This document shows, piece by piece, positions 38,785 to 51,108 of a DNA stretch of 64,000 nucleotides. The stretch comes from Octopus sinensis. Taxonomy: Eukaryota. The position numbers and the translations under genes are program-made. The notes under the pieces are model-generated. The model searched no databases. It was not told where the DNA came from and saw nothing but the letters and a program-made list of their open reading frames with translations. Within the stretch, counting starts at the first letter, position 1. Each line of letters opens with the position of its first letter. The stretch covers positions 34,038,001 to 34,102,000 of the forward strand of contig NC_043013.1 of the NCBI RefSeq assembly GCF_006345805.1, written 5' to 3'.

Positions 38785-39198
38785 TTAGCCCGCCGGGCGA
38801 AATGCTCAGCGGTATTTCGTCTGTCGTTACGTTCTGAGTTCAAATTCCGCCGAGGTCGACTTTGCCTTTCATCGTTTCGGGGTCGATAAATTAAGTACCA
38901 GTTACACACTGGGGTCGATATAATCGACTTAATCCATCCCTTTGCCTGTCCTTGTTTGTCCCCTCTATGTTTAGCCCCTTGTGGGCAATAAAGAAATAAG
39001 AAACGTTAGCACGCCGGGCGAAATGCTTAGTGGTATTTCGTCTGCTACTACGTTCTGTGTTCAAATTCCGCCGAGGTCGACTTTGCCTTTCATCCTTTCG
39101 GGGTTGATAAATTAAGTACCAGTTGCGTACTGGGGTCGATCTAATCGACTGCCCTCTCCCCAAAAATTTCGGGCCTTGTTCTTAGAATAGAAAGGATT
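38785..39198 (+). mobile_element. Two adjacent head-to-tail CORE-type SINE family C copies (38785-39000, 39001-39198) with different 3' tails
   Basis: Both have ttagc(a)cgccgggcgaaatgct..., gttcaaattccgccgaggtcgactttgcctttcatc and ctggggtcgat..atcgact. Tails are gcaataaagaaataag and cttagaatagaaaggattat. Confidence 0.9.
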
Positions 39199-40157
39199 AT
39201 GTACATTTATTTCGTTGGGCACTTGAAATAAATGTAATAAAGCCAGACATTGAAATTATATATACTAAAATAGATTAAGTATTTATTTATTTATTTAAAG
39301 TAAAACAAACATTTAAACCTCATAAGGATTCATCATGATTTTGTACCAGTGCCAAGGTGATTTTTATAAAATATCTTCTGTCTAGACAAGAAAATAACAG
39401 GTGATCAAAGCTATATTAACTAAGTCTATCAACATACTAAGTAAGCCTCGTCTTTTAATCTCGTAATCCTAATCCTGGAATGAATTTTTATTTGTTTACA
39501 TTTTTTTTGTTCTTTCTTTTCCTAGTTTCTGATACTGATGACAATATTGATCATCCTCATCATTATCCTTACTTATCATCCTCCTCGTCATTACTATTTG
39601 GAGCTTGAAATATGATGAGTTTTATGATGTGATGATGGCTATGATGACCATCACCATGATTCTTATGGCTTATAATATGAGAATCAGCATTTTTTTGTTT
39701 CTTTTTTGTCTCCTTTTTTTGGCTATTTTTTTGGATATTGGTGAAGTATGATGATACTTGTTAAGTTATTGATGAAGAACTCTTAATACCACAGTCTTTT
39801 GCTACCCACCCACCAAAATGGTGATTTTTTTATGTAACTGATAGTTTAGTTTTTACATACGTAGGCTGATGTGTACAGAAATTACTGAAATAGTAAAGTT
39901 ACAGAACTGAAGATTTGGTCAGCCTAAATGCTTGCAACACAGTTAATTTTTCGAAAAGTATCCAGAGACCAGACAGTATTTTTTAAACTGGGTACTGTTT
40001 TTAAAATAAGCACTGGAAGACTCCAGTTATGACTCACACACACACACAACACACACACACACAAGGAGGAGGAAAAGAAGAAAGAATTAACTCACTCAGT
40101 AAGCTTCAGCTTGTTCAACAAGATCCAAAAGAGACAATTTCTGAAATCCTGTAAGAA

Positions 40158-40264
<107 letters not shown>

Positions 40265-40302
40265 GTAATAATAATAATTAATAATAATTAATAATTAATA
40301 AT

Positions 40303-40361
<59 letters not shown>

Positions 40362-40602
40362 TATAATAATAATAATGATAATAAAAGACAATAATAATTT
40401 TTTTATTTGCCACAAGGAGCAATAGGTGAAATTTATATTACAAGAATAAGTTCCAACAGGAGTTATAAGCAGTTAGACCCAATCTAACTGCTCTCTCTCT
40501 CTCACTCTCTCTCTCTCAGGCATGTTTGTCTACCTATAGATACACATTGATTTTAAGCCCATTCATACATGCCATTCTTACCACTTTTCATTTAACTTTT
40601 AG

Positions 40603-40861
40603 CAAATTGAGTAAAGAACAGCACCTCCCGCTCCACTCAAAACATTATTTGCAAGTGGAGCTTGAAAAATTTGCTAAGGAATTGGATGAAGTGTTTGTTT
40701 TCAGTCCCTTTCATCTTGCCCCTCATACAATATCTAATATTGCAGCCACAGTACGAGAGGAAAACTGCCTGACCTTAACCACAGGAAGTAGGCAAGGCAA
40801 CATTCTTGATGGATTTATCCAGATAGCCAGATCCATACTACACATAACAGAAGCTGTTTGA
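40603..40861 (+). CDS. Putative terminal coding exon of an unidentified gene (85 aa, KLSKEQHLPLH...GNILDGFIQIARSILHITEAV*)
   Basis: Non-repetitive stop-free frame 40520-40858 with balanced composition and amphipathic helix/strand patterning. In-frame acceptors ttttag (40602) and (ct)n-cag (40519); TGA at 40859-40861. No partner exon identified. Confidence 0.5.
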
Positions 40862-40879
40862 TATCATTATATGTGGTCT

Positions 40880-41860
40880 AAAATTTATCTATCCATGTAC
40901 CAATTAAAAATTTAACTGATCATAGACGATCTAAAATCTTGCTTTCTAATAATACATTATTATGAGAATAATAATACATTATTATGAGAATACACCAGCA
41001 TCTAATATTCTATCAATACATTTACAATGTAAACATGTGTATGTTCATACACTATTTAACTTGATATAATCATAATTCACCTAAAACACTTTTTGTTCAT
41101 GTAACATATATAATTATATCCGTCCATATACCACCTAAAATATTATCAATCTATTTACCAGCTAAAATATTAACTGTCCATTAATCATTTAAAAATGCTT
41201 GTACACCATGAAAAGTTTCATGTATCCATAACTAAAATGTTAAGCATTGTGGAGTCTAAAATTTTATTCGTTTAGATATTTATATACCATTTAAAATATC
41301 TTCGTCCAAGTTCAAGATTTTATCTGACCATATATCATATATAAAATGTAACATATAATAGATTTTTATCTATCCAAATTTAAAATTTTATATCATAACA
41401 CGTAACAGTTTTTATCTGACCGTATATATACAAAGGTTAATTTCTTTAAATACCATCTAAATTTATATGTCTATAAAACAAAGAGTTTTCTGCTTATTCA
41501 CCTTCTAAATTTTCTGTCTATATACCATAAAAATATTATTTGTTCATATAACAAAAATTTATCTGTCCATATGCCAACTAAAATTATTTGTCCATATAGC
41601 ATCTAAAATGATATTTTTCCATATACCAGCTAAAATTTATTCATATCAAATTTTATATCCATACATCAGCAAAATTTTTATTTTCCCATATAGCATCTAA
41701 AACTGTAACTGTCTGTATATCACACAACCAAGATATTTCCCTCTATCATTTAATATGTCAATATTTCATTTAAAACCAACCATCCCAAATTTTACTGTCC
41801 ATATATCAGCAAACGTTTTGTGTTCATATGCCATCTAAAACTATATCTTTTTCTATACTA
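40880..41860. repeat. Highly degenerate 27-30 bp minisatellite (approximate consensus TTTATCTGTCCATATACCATCTAAAAT)
   Basis: Recurrent variants such as atctatccatgtaccaattaaaa, tccgtccatataccacctaaaat, atctgtccatatgccaactaaaat and tttccatataccagctaaaat. Resumes at about 42420-42475 after the nested SINEs. Confidence 0.7.
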
Positions 41861-41877
41861 TGTAAATTGACATACTC

Positions 41878-42420
41878 ACAGGCACTCTGTCAGTTACAAT
41901 GACAAGGCTCTAGTTGATCTGATCAATGGAACAGCCTGCTCATGAAATTAATGTACAAATGGCTAGGCACCCTGCAGACACATGCACTCTCAACATAGTT
42001 CACAGAGACATTCAGCATGATACAGAATCTTTTCTACTCGAGGCACAAGGCCCAACATTTTGGGGGATGGAGCCAGTGGATTAATTAGATCGACCTCAGT
42101 ATGCGACTGGTACTTAATTTATCGACTACAAAAGGATGAAAGGAAGGCAAAGTCAACCTCACTGGAATTTGAACTCAGAATGTAAAGTCAGACGAAATAC
42201 TGCTACGCATTTCATCTGGCATGCTAACGATTCTGCCAGCTCGTTGCCTTCAGCGTAACACAGAATGTGACAAGGCTGGTCCTTTGAAATACAGGTACAA
42301 TTCATTTTTGACAGATGAGTGGACTGGAGCAATTGCGAAATAAAGAGTCTTGCTCAAGGACAAAATACATTGATTGGAATCAAACTCAGGACCACAATCC
42401 AAATAATCTAACCACCAAAC
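41878..42420 (-). mobile_element. SINE family B relative split by a family C SINE (42029-42248, minus)
   Basis: gagtggactggagcaa...tcttgctcaagg is the reverse complement of the family B domain. The C copy is flanked by ttcagcatgatacagaat (42011-42028) and ttcagcgtaacacagaat (42249-42266), a decayed 18-bp TSD. Confidence 0.75.
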
Positions 42421-44390
42421 GACATTCATATACCAACAAAATATCTTTTATCATACCATCTCAAATATTTATCTGAAGGCAATCTTCTATGGAGAATATT
42501 TGAGTACCTGCTGAGTGGTCATGGTTACAAAAACTGAGCATAATTTAACTATTCATATTCAATGGAAAACAGTCTTGAACAAAACAAAACAAAAGGGTTC
42601 AAAAAGGGGACATCACTTAATACAACCCACTTTACTTCGTTTATGTCCTTAATGCCCTTGGAAATTCCATCAACCTTTAAATATCACATTTTTTCTTCCC
42701 CAAAATATATAATGCCTTGGTGTGTTTAGTCACAAGGAACCAATATTTATGCATGAACTTATCTGCATCTAGTAAGCCCTGAAAGATCTACAGTTCATGA
42801 TCATGTTCTGTTGAATGTATATGTACATGAATATATACATACATACATACATACATACATACATACATACATACATACATACACAGACATATATATATAT
42901 ATATGTGTGTGTGAGTGTGTGTGTGTGTGTGTGTTTATGTACATCTCTTTTGATGTATGCATATATATGTATGTATGTTTTTTATTGTGTGCATGTATGT
43001 ATGTGTATATATATATATATATATATTGATGTTTCTGTGGATTTATGTATATATCTGTAGGAATCAGTGTGTGACATATGTGTGTCCATGTGTATGTGTG
43101 AGAGTGAAGTACGAATGTGTGTATGAGTGTCTGCGCCTGTCAAGTGTAAAGCAATAAAGCACCTTTACTTTCGATGGAAAAAGACGATTAAAACTTAAAA
43201 GATGATTATGGTAAGTCTCTTTATTATGCCCCCTGCCTCACCTCGTGTCATTTTATCAGTGAAGTGTTCAAGCAACAGATCACACTGCCCTTCTTTAAGT
43301 CAATTTCAGAAGAAAGAAGAGGTGTGGAAGTTTTTTTTCACAGTATCTAGATATCATTAGATCAATGGTAATTTAAAATAGGCTGGTGGAAGATAGAATA
43401 GATTTCTGCCTACAACCAATGCTTCATTTAATATATGTTTGTCTGGCAGAATGTTTGATTGTTTGCATATTGAGTACACACACACACACACACACACATA
43501 TGTATATATGTATATATATATATATACATACACATATATATTTACATATATATATATATATATATATATCAAATCATACACATATATATTTACCTATATA
43601 TATATATACATACATATATATATCAATACATACACGTATATATTTACACACTACACACACACACACACATATATATATACATACATACACACACAGATAT
43701 ATACATAAACACTCTCATACACAGAATATATATATATGATATACACATGCATGAATTCAAACATTAAGACACACATGAATACATACACAGATAAATGTGT
43801 ATAAATCTTCACATATGGAAGTAAAGAATAGTTTTAAATGCAACTGTTCTAGTGCGTGTATGTGTGTGTGTATGTGTATGTGTGAACGCGTGTGCCTGTG
43901 TGTGTGTGGGTATATGTGAATATGGTATCTAAAATTTGTGGAAGGTTTTCAAGAGGAATGGTGTCTTAGAAACATTACTGATGTGCGGTTGCAATGCTTG
44001 AATGAATCAACATCAAATTGGTTAACAGGTTTTCAGGTTTTGCTGTGTCTATGTGTAAGGGGTGGAGCAGGGGAAGGGGGAGCGGTTTAGGGTGGTGGTG
44101 GTGGTGGAGAGGGTGGGTGAGGTAAGTGCTGTAGCATAAAAAGTAAGTTTCAGGCAAACTAATTCTTCAACCCAAGTTTGATTTATTTACTCAACTAAAA
44201 GCACGTGGAAAAGTTCTTAAACATACCAATTCCTACATTCTCATATTCCATCAAAATTCAAAACAAAAACGATGGCCTTTCCAGGAGAATCCCTGATCAT
44301 GAAATGTTAAGTAACTTCTTACAACCACAGCATGCAGGACAAATATTTGGCCTTTCACTTTGATATGTATATATACACACACGGAGAAAC

Positions 44391-44424
<34 letters not shown>

Positions 44425-44638
44425 GCATACATACATACATACATATATACACATATATTAATGCATATATATATATGCATACATACATACATACATATAT
44501 ACACATATATTAATGCATATATATATATACATACATATATACACATATATAAATACATATATATATATATATACATACATTTATACACATATATAAAGAC
44601 ATATATATATATATATACATACATTATACACATATATA

Positions 44639-44688
<50 letters not shown>

Positions 44689-45108
44689 GGTGAAAATTTA
44701 CTAAAAAACAAAAGACGAAGATGAGTGTGTAAACAACAAACAGATGTATTAGTTTAATGCTCAGGAAGTGAGAAAGTATTTTTATGCTTCGAGCTTACAC
44801 TCTTTGACAGAAAAGAACACAGAAATAAACAGGGAGAGAAAATAAAAATAGGTTTAGTGGTTAGCGATCTACCATGATGAATGCGGTAAGGGTTCAACAG
44901 AAAGAATACAACTGGGAAAAGAAGTTAGACAAAAGCAGAGCAAACAGGAATCTAGACGAAAATTTAATGGATGTGAAATTAGACAGACGCAATACATGGA
45001 ATATTCAGAGCTGAGTTTTTCTCATCAGTCACACACATATATGCACACAAGCATATATTAATCTGAATGGAATTGGTAGATGGAAACGGAAAGAATCCTG
45101 TTATGTGC

Positions 45109-45171
<63 letters not shown>

Positions 45172-45173
<2 letters not shown>

Positions 45174-45400
45174 GGAGTAAACACATAAATGTGAAACAAG
45201 GTGAAAAAAGAGTACTCAAATACCAGTTGTAGAGGAATATGCTTTATTTAAAGCAGCAGAAAATTCAACAAAACCTATTACTCTGAGTTTCCCGTTGCCG
45301 TTTATCAGACAGTTTTTGCAAAAACTGTCCGATGAACGGCAACGGGAAACTCAGAGTAACAGGTTTTGTTGAATTTTCTGCTGCGTTAAATAAAGTATAT
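45172..45400. mobile_element. 229-bp pLTR-like insert in (TA)n ending in a 164-bp palindrome with hammerhead motifs on both strands
   Basis: Arms 45237-45318 and 45319-45400 match at 77/82 with no spacer. Plus strand: CTGT-CCGATGA-ACG gcaa CGG-GAAAC TCAGA GTA-ACAG (45325-45362); the minus mirror has core CTGATAA. Confidence 0.8.
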
Positions 45401-45629
45401 ATATATATATGCCTAACTCACCTCTACCTACCCAATAAATTCTAGCTTTACTCTGTTATACTTGTCCTACTCCACTACCACCCAGCACTCTGTTACCCAC
45501 CTCTGTTACCCACCCTGTTACCCTCCAGATTTTCTCTCTCGTTCGTCTGGCGGCATTCACCACTACAGCCCCTACAACTTTCTCTCGTTGTAAATGTTCA
45601 TTCATTGAAGCAACAAGGACCATCTGCTC

Positions 45630-45886
45630 TAGTGGTTCTCAACCAATTTTCTCTTACGGGCCCCTTACATTCATATTTTACCTGGATGGACCCTCATAGC
45701 CATTCAATGCTTAAAAATTCTTTGTATGTTTTTATAATTAAAAATTATCAGGAATTACATAAAAATAATTCTTACAACATTTTATGTATTTTAGAAATAT
45801 AAGCAATTTATTGCGCATGAATTTTAACATTTTATATGGAACCCCAAGGGTCATATGACCATCCTCCCCTTAGTTGAGAAGGCCTG
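45630..45886. mobile_element. hAT/Charlie-like MITE, decayed
   Basis: (t)agtggttctcaacc left end and gttgagaaggcctg right end, with tctag-containing flanks typical of Charlie target sites. Confidence 0.5.
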
Positions 45887-46075
45887 ATCTAGTCATTCTG
45901 GGTGAAGGATGACTGATTGTTAGGAAAGAAGACGGATGAATGGATGATCAAAATGTTTCAATTGCTGCATCTTGCTTTCTGCACTCCACAATGCATTGGT
46001 GCAGCTGCTTTTCTCTCTACCGATCTATGTGTGTGTTTATGTGCGTGTGTGTGTGTGTATGTATACATGTATATA

Positions 46076-46117
<42 letters not shown>

Positions 46118-46171
46118 AATAGAAGATAGATATAATACATTTACAGATCTATATTTTATATGCCGGTACAT

Positions 46172-46588
46172 AGGCGAAGGAGTGGCTGTGTGGTAAGTAG
46201 TTTGCTTACCAGCCACATGGTTTTGGGTTCAGTCCCACTGCGTGGCTCCCTGGGCAAGTGTCTTCTACTATAGCCTCGTGCCGACCAAAGCTTTGCGAGT
46301 GGATTGGGTAGATGGAAACTGAAAGAAGCCCATAGTATATATGTATATATATGTGTGTACATGTGTGTATATGTTTGTGTGTCTGTGTTTGTCCCCCCAA
46401 TATCGCTTGACAACCGACGCTGGTGTATTTATGTCCCTGTAACTTAGCAGTTCAGCAAAAGAGACTGATAGCATAAGTACTAGGCTTACAAAGAATAAGT
46501 CCTGGGATCGATTTGCTTGACTAAAGGCGGTGCTTCAGCATGGTCACAGTCAAATGACTGAAACAAGTAAAAGTAAAGAGTAAAGAGT
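46172..46588 (+). mobile_element. SINE family A, complete
   Basis: Head, microsatellite and tail all present. Confidence 0.92.
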
Positions 46589-46597
46589 ATTAAACAG

Positions 46598-46628
<31 letters not shown>

Positions 46629-46664
46629 TATGTACATATATATATACATACACATACATATGTG

Positions 46665-46746
<82 letters not shown>

Positions 46747-47198
46747 GACAGACACACATATATATACATACATAAATGCATACATACATACATGTATGTT
46801 TACAGGATTATATGTATTCAAGCATTTACTTTCACACGTATTTTAAGCTTATCATAGACACAAATAAGCATGCACACACATACACACATACATGAACACA
46901 CAAGTAGCTATGAACACAAACACAATGCAAACATTTCTAACTACAAAAGATTATGACTGAGGAACAGAAGTTTTAATAAGTTTGTCGATAAATACCCCAT
47001 AGATCTAATTCTTTTTGAAGTGAAAGGTACAAATTTGATTGGAGCAGGAAGCGGAAAGGTACCACCAACGTTGGCACCACCAGTGACACCAATTCAGCAA
47101 TAATAAATTCAGAAGCCACAGGAACACAATCAATAATCATATTTGCCAATAATACAGGACAACCAAAACTTATAAATATAGAAAATATATAAATATAT

Positions 47199-47575
47199 AG
47201 GCACAGGAGTGGCTGTGTGGTAAGTAGCTTGGTTACCAACCACATGGTTCCGAGTTCAGTCCCACTGCGTGGCAACTTGGATAAGTGTCTTCTACTATAG
47301 CCTCAGGCTGACCAAAGCCTTGTAGACGGAAACTGAAAGAAGTCCGTCGTATATATGTATATATAAGTATATATGTGTGTTTGTCCCCCCAACATCACTT
47401 GACAACCGATGCTGGTGCGTTTATGTCCTCGTAACTTAGTGGTTCGGCAAAAGAGGCCGATAGAATAAGTACTAGGTTTACAAAGAATAAGTCCTGGAGT
47501 CGATTTGCTCGACTAAAGGCAGTGCTCCAGCATGGCCACAGTCAAGTGATTGAAACAAGTAAAAGAGTAAAGAGT
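47199..47575 (+). mobile_element. SINE family A, complete
   Basis: aggcacaggagtggctgtgtggtaag through to gaaacaagtaaaagagtaaagag. Confidence 0.92.
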
Positions 47576-48149
47576 ATATATAAATATAAATTATATATAT
47601 AAATATAAATATGAAAATATATAAATATAAATTTGAGAACGTATAATGAAAGGAAATACACTACAACATCTAATACCACTGCCACTATCATCATCCTCAC
47701 CAATGCTACCGTCTTTACACACTCCCATCATCATCATCAAAACTACCACTGACATCATCCTCATCGTCATTGTCATCAATATGATAAAAATCTTTATCAC
47801 CAGTATCATTAACATCACTATCGCCTTCGTTACTCCCAACAGCATTATCATCCCTCTACCACCATCACTACTATCACTAAAAGAACCACCACCACCACTA
47901 CCATGAAGAACTCAATGAGTCTTTTGTTACTCTTTTTACTGCTTTATTTTTTGTTCTGTTTTGTTTTCATTTTGGAAACTCACAAAAATATCCAAACTTT
48001 AAAGGATCTCATTTTGATGGAAATATTTTCTAACTTACAGTCAACTATTTACTAGTAATTCCTGTATAAAATCTCTTGGAAAATCATTTTCTCCAAATGT
48101 ACACGTGTGCACAAACTTACATGTATACACACATGCATGCATTAACATG

Positions 48150-48185
<36 letters not shown>

Positions 48186-48744
48186 TACTAACATATGTAT
48201 ACACAAGCACATTATTCTGCTTTTGCATCAGCTGACAACAGCTCAAACAGTACAGCTTTTCCTCTATAGTTTTAATCCCTTGTCTACCACAGGAGAGATG
48301 TTTGTCAAATGTGTATTGTTGTTGTTTAATCACAATAGCAGTGTGTTATTGTTATTATTATTAAATTTTTTTTGGCATATATGCAGATATTGGGAATGAT
48401 TTTGTTTTTGTTGTTTTGCTCACACTTTCGTGTTTTTTTGTTGTTGTTACGTTTGATTCCTTTTGGTTCGCTTTTCTTGGTATCCATATTTCCGCTTGAC
48501 ATGTGCTGGGGACAAATATACATACGCAAATTTCTCAGTAGTATATAAAGTAATGCTTGTATATATTTGTTTGCTTGTTTGGTAGGTGAAGATAAATAAG
48601 CACCAACTGCATTTGTTGCATCAGGAGAGGCATGTGCTTAATTTGAATATGTTTTTAAATAACTGTACATGTTATGTACATGTGTCTTTGCATGAGTGCA
48701 TGTAATATCACAATATAACTGAGCATCCACTTTCTGATAATCAT

Positions 48745-48784
<40 letters not shown>

Positions 48785-49325
48785 GAAGAGATATATATGT
48801 GTGTATAATATACAATATTAAATTTCAAAAAGAATATATATGAAATGAACAGTTATATGTGTATACATACATACATACATATATACATAGGTACATACAT
48901 ACATAGGTATACTCATACAAGGATATATTTATATATTCCAACAAATGTACACAAGAGGAATTAATATTTTAAAAATGTGCAGATTTATTGTATACTTCAT
49001 TCAGTACAATCCCTGTCAATTTTATTATAAAAATTCTTGCCCTTGGTCCCTTTGAGTTATCTCCTCTTAGCTCCTTTTTACTTTAATTATGCAAACTAGC
49101 TTTGACTAAGAATGTTTTCAATGCATCTAGAATATTTTGAATGTAAAAGTCACAGGAAAAATATAGAATCATATACAATGCATACATTACTTGTATATGA
49201 ATAAACAAGTAGCACATTAAAATGTATCATTTGAAGTACCAAATGCTTACTAACCATAGAATAAACACATTATAAAAAATTCTCATAAAACACGTCACAC
49301 TAAACCATAAACTAACACTGTTAAT

Positions 49326-49602
49326 CAGTGGCAGACTGGGTCTAAAAATATTGCCCACCAACAACTAAGAAAGGGCCCACCTGCAACTACTATGCTATCA
49401 TTTATTTTTGTTATTGTTGTTAAAAGTATTCTTTTCAACTGTCTACAAACACAGCCAGGCTGAAATAATGAATGCATTCTTCCAGGAGTGAATAAAAAAT
49501 TCTCAAACTTGAAAGGATGGGACCATTAGATACTAACATTCTAATGATGCAGGGCGCCCACTTACCATCAGGCAAGCTGGCAATTTTGCCAGTCTACCAC
49601 TG
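49326..49602. mobile_element. hAT-superfamily MITE (277 bp)
   Basis: 14-bp TIRs CAGTGGCAGACTGG and CCAGTCTACCACTG (1 mismatch). 8-bp TSD ctgttaat (49318-49325) and ctgataat (49603-49610). Confidence 0.85.
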
Positions 49603-49923
49603 CTGATAATACAATAAAATTTAGGACCCCTTTATCAAAATTACATCACAAGCAAATAACCTCAAGAAAAAGTAAGGACTATCATTGAGATTTATAGATT
49701 TTGTTTTCGATGCACAAGGCATAAACAACATGATTCCAGCCTTTTCATTTGCTATTCATATAGAACATTCTTTTGTAGGGTCACTGGGCAGTTATCTAAA
49801 GAAACAGTCACAAAACGCTGTTCCATCAAACACAAAACGAAGAACATATTAGGAAAACCTTAATGACTAACATATCCATATTATAAGGAATTTCCCATAA
49901 AAGTGAGACAGTGTGATACTTAA

Positions 49924-50445
49924 CCTCTTGACAGCGGTTGATGCAAATATGTGATCACACCTTTGCTTGCCTACCTGCAGTTAACGTAAATATACGATGC
50001 AGAGCTGCCCTACATCTATCATGGACTTTTTAGCGGCTGACGTATGTTTACGTTCGCTATGGTGTACTTTATCTCATTAGGTGCACGCGCTCGCCGTCCC
50101 GTGCACTATCTTAGCTATTTTAGGTTACGTTCAAGTCATGAGACTAGCAATAGACCAATGGCATGCGGATAATTTACATGCATAATACCGTGTTTTGAGT
50201 TGTACCACACGCAAGCTATTTTTTGAACTTGAGCTTAATAACTCGTGCATATCATATTATGATAAATACCTTCACAAAGTTCGTTTTCATAAACCGGTAG
50301 ACGTAAATGTACAATGCTATGTTATTGTAATGGTGAACGTAAATAGATGTGAGCTCGTTGGCACTTGTGTGTTTGTTTGGCCTCATTAGATAAAAAAAAA
50401 CGGAGCAGTGTCTCGCATGCTTCGGGTAACACCGGCGTCAAGAGG
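49924..50445. mobile_element. piggyBac-superfamily non-autonomous element (522 bp)
   Basis: TTAA (49920-49923)-CCTCTTGACAGCGGT ... ACCGGCGTCAAGAGG-TTAA (50446-50449): 15-bp TIRs at 13/15 and an intact TTAA duplication. CpG-rich interior. Confidence 0.88.
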
Positions 50446-51000
50446 TTAAAATGTTAAGCAATGCCAAAATCAAAGACAAAATATGAAAAAGAAAGTAAAA
50501 TCTAAGGACAATATTTTAATGGTATGTGAAGATCACATAGGTTTTGTTGTTAATTGTGCACTTCCATGCACTGTAATTATGCATTTTCATGCACATCCAT
50601 AAGATAGAGAAAAGCTTTTTCTCTGTCTCAGAATAGCTCATGCTGACTGTAGTATCAAATGTTAATATACCAAGGAGGATAATATCACTGTTATTTATAA
50701 TTATATATATCATCCACTGAATATAAACAGTTTAGATGTGCATGGTATCCACTACAGAACTGCAGCAAGTCTTTTTGGGCAATATCTTAAGATATAATAC
50801 CAGGATTCAGACAACAGAAATTAGACCATGTGAAATTTTGAAATACAACTAGGATGCCAGGACAGAAATAGGAATCAATTCTTTATTATAGTGCTTGTCA
50901 TGGGAATAATTAAAAATAATAATTAAGCCTGCATGATTTTCTTTTGTTATTTTTTGCCACTAATTGAAATAATTGTTCCAACAGATGATAGTACATTTAT

Positions 51001-51108
51001 TGGCACAAGTATGGCTGTGTGGTAAGAAGCTTGCTTCCCAACCACATGGTTCTGGGTTCAGTCCCAATGTGTGGCACCTTGGACAACTGTCTTCTACTAT
51101 AGCATTGA
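51001..51108 (+). mobile_element. SINE family A head fragment
   Basis: tggcacaagtatggctgtgtggtaagaagcttgcttcccaaccacatgg...cttctactatagc. Confidence 0.8.

Noticed and set aside
40870-41860. CRISPR-like reading of the 28-bp repeats
   Set aside because: The repeats are contiguous and degenerate with no unique spacers, no cas genes are present, and the context is eukaryotic.
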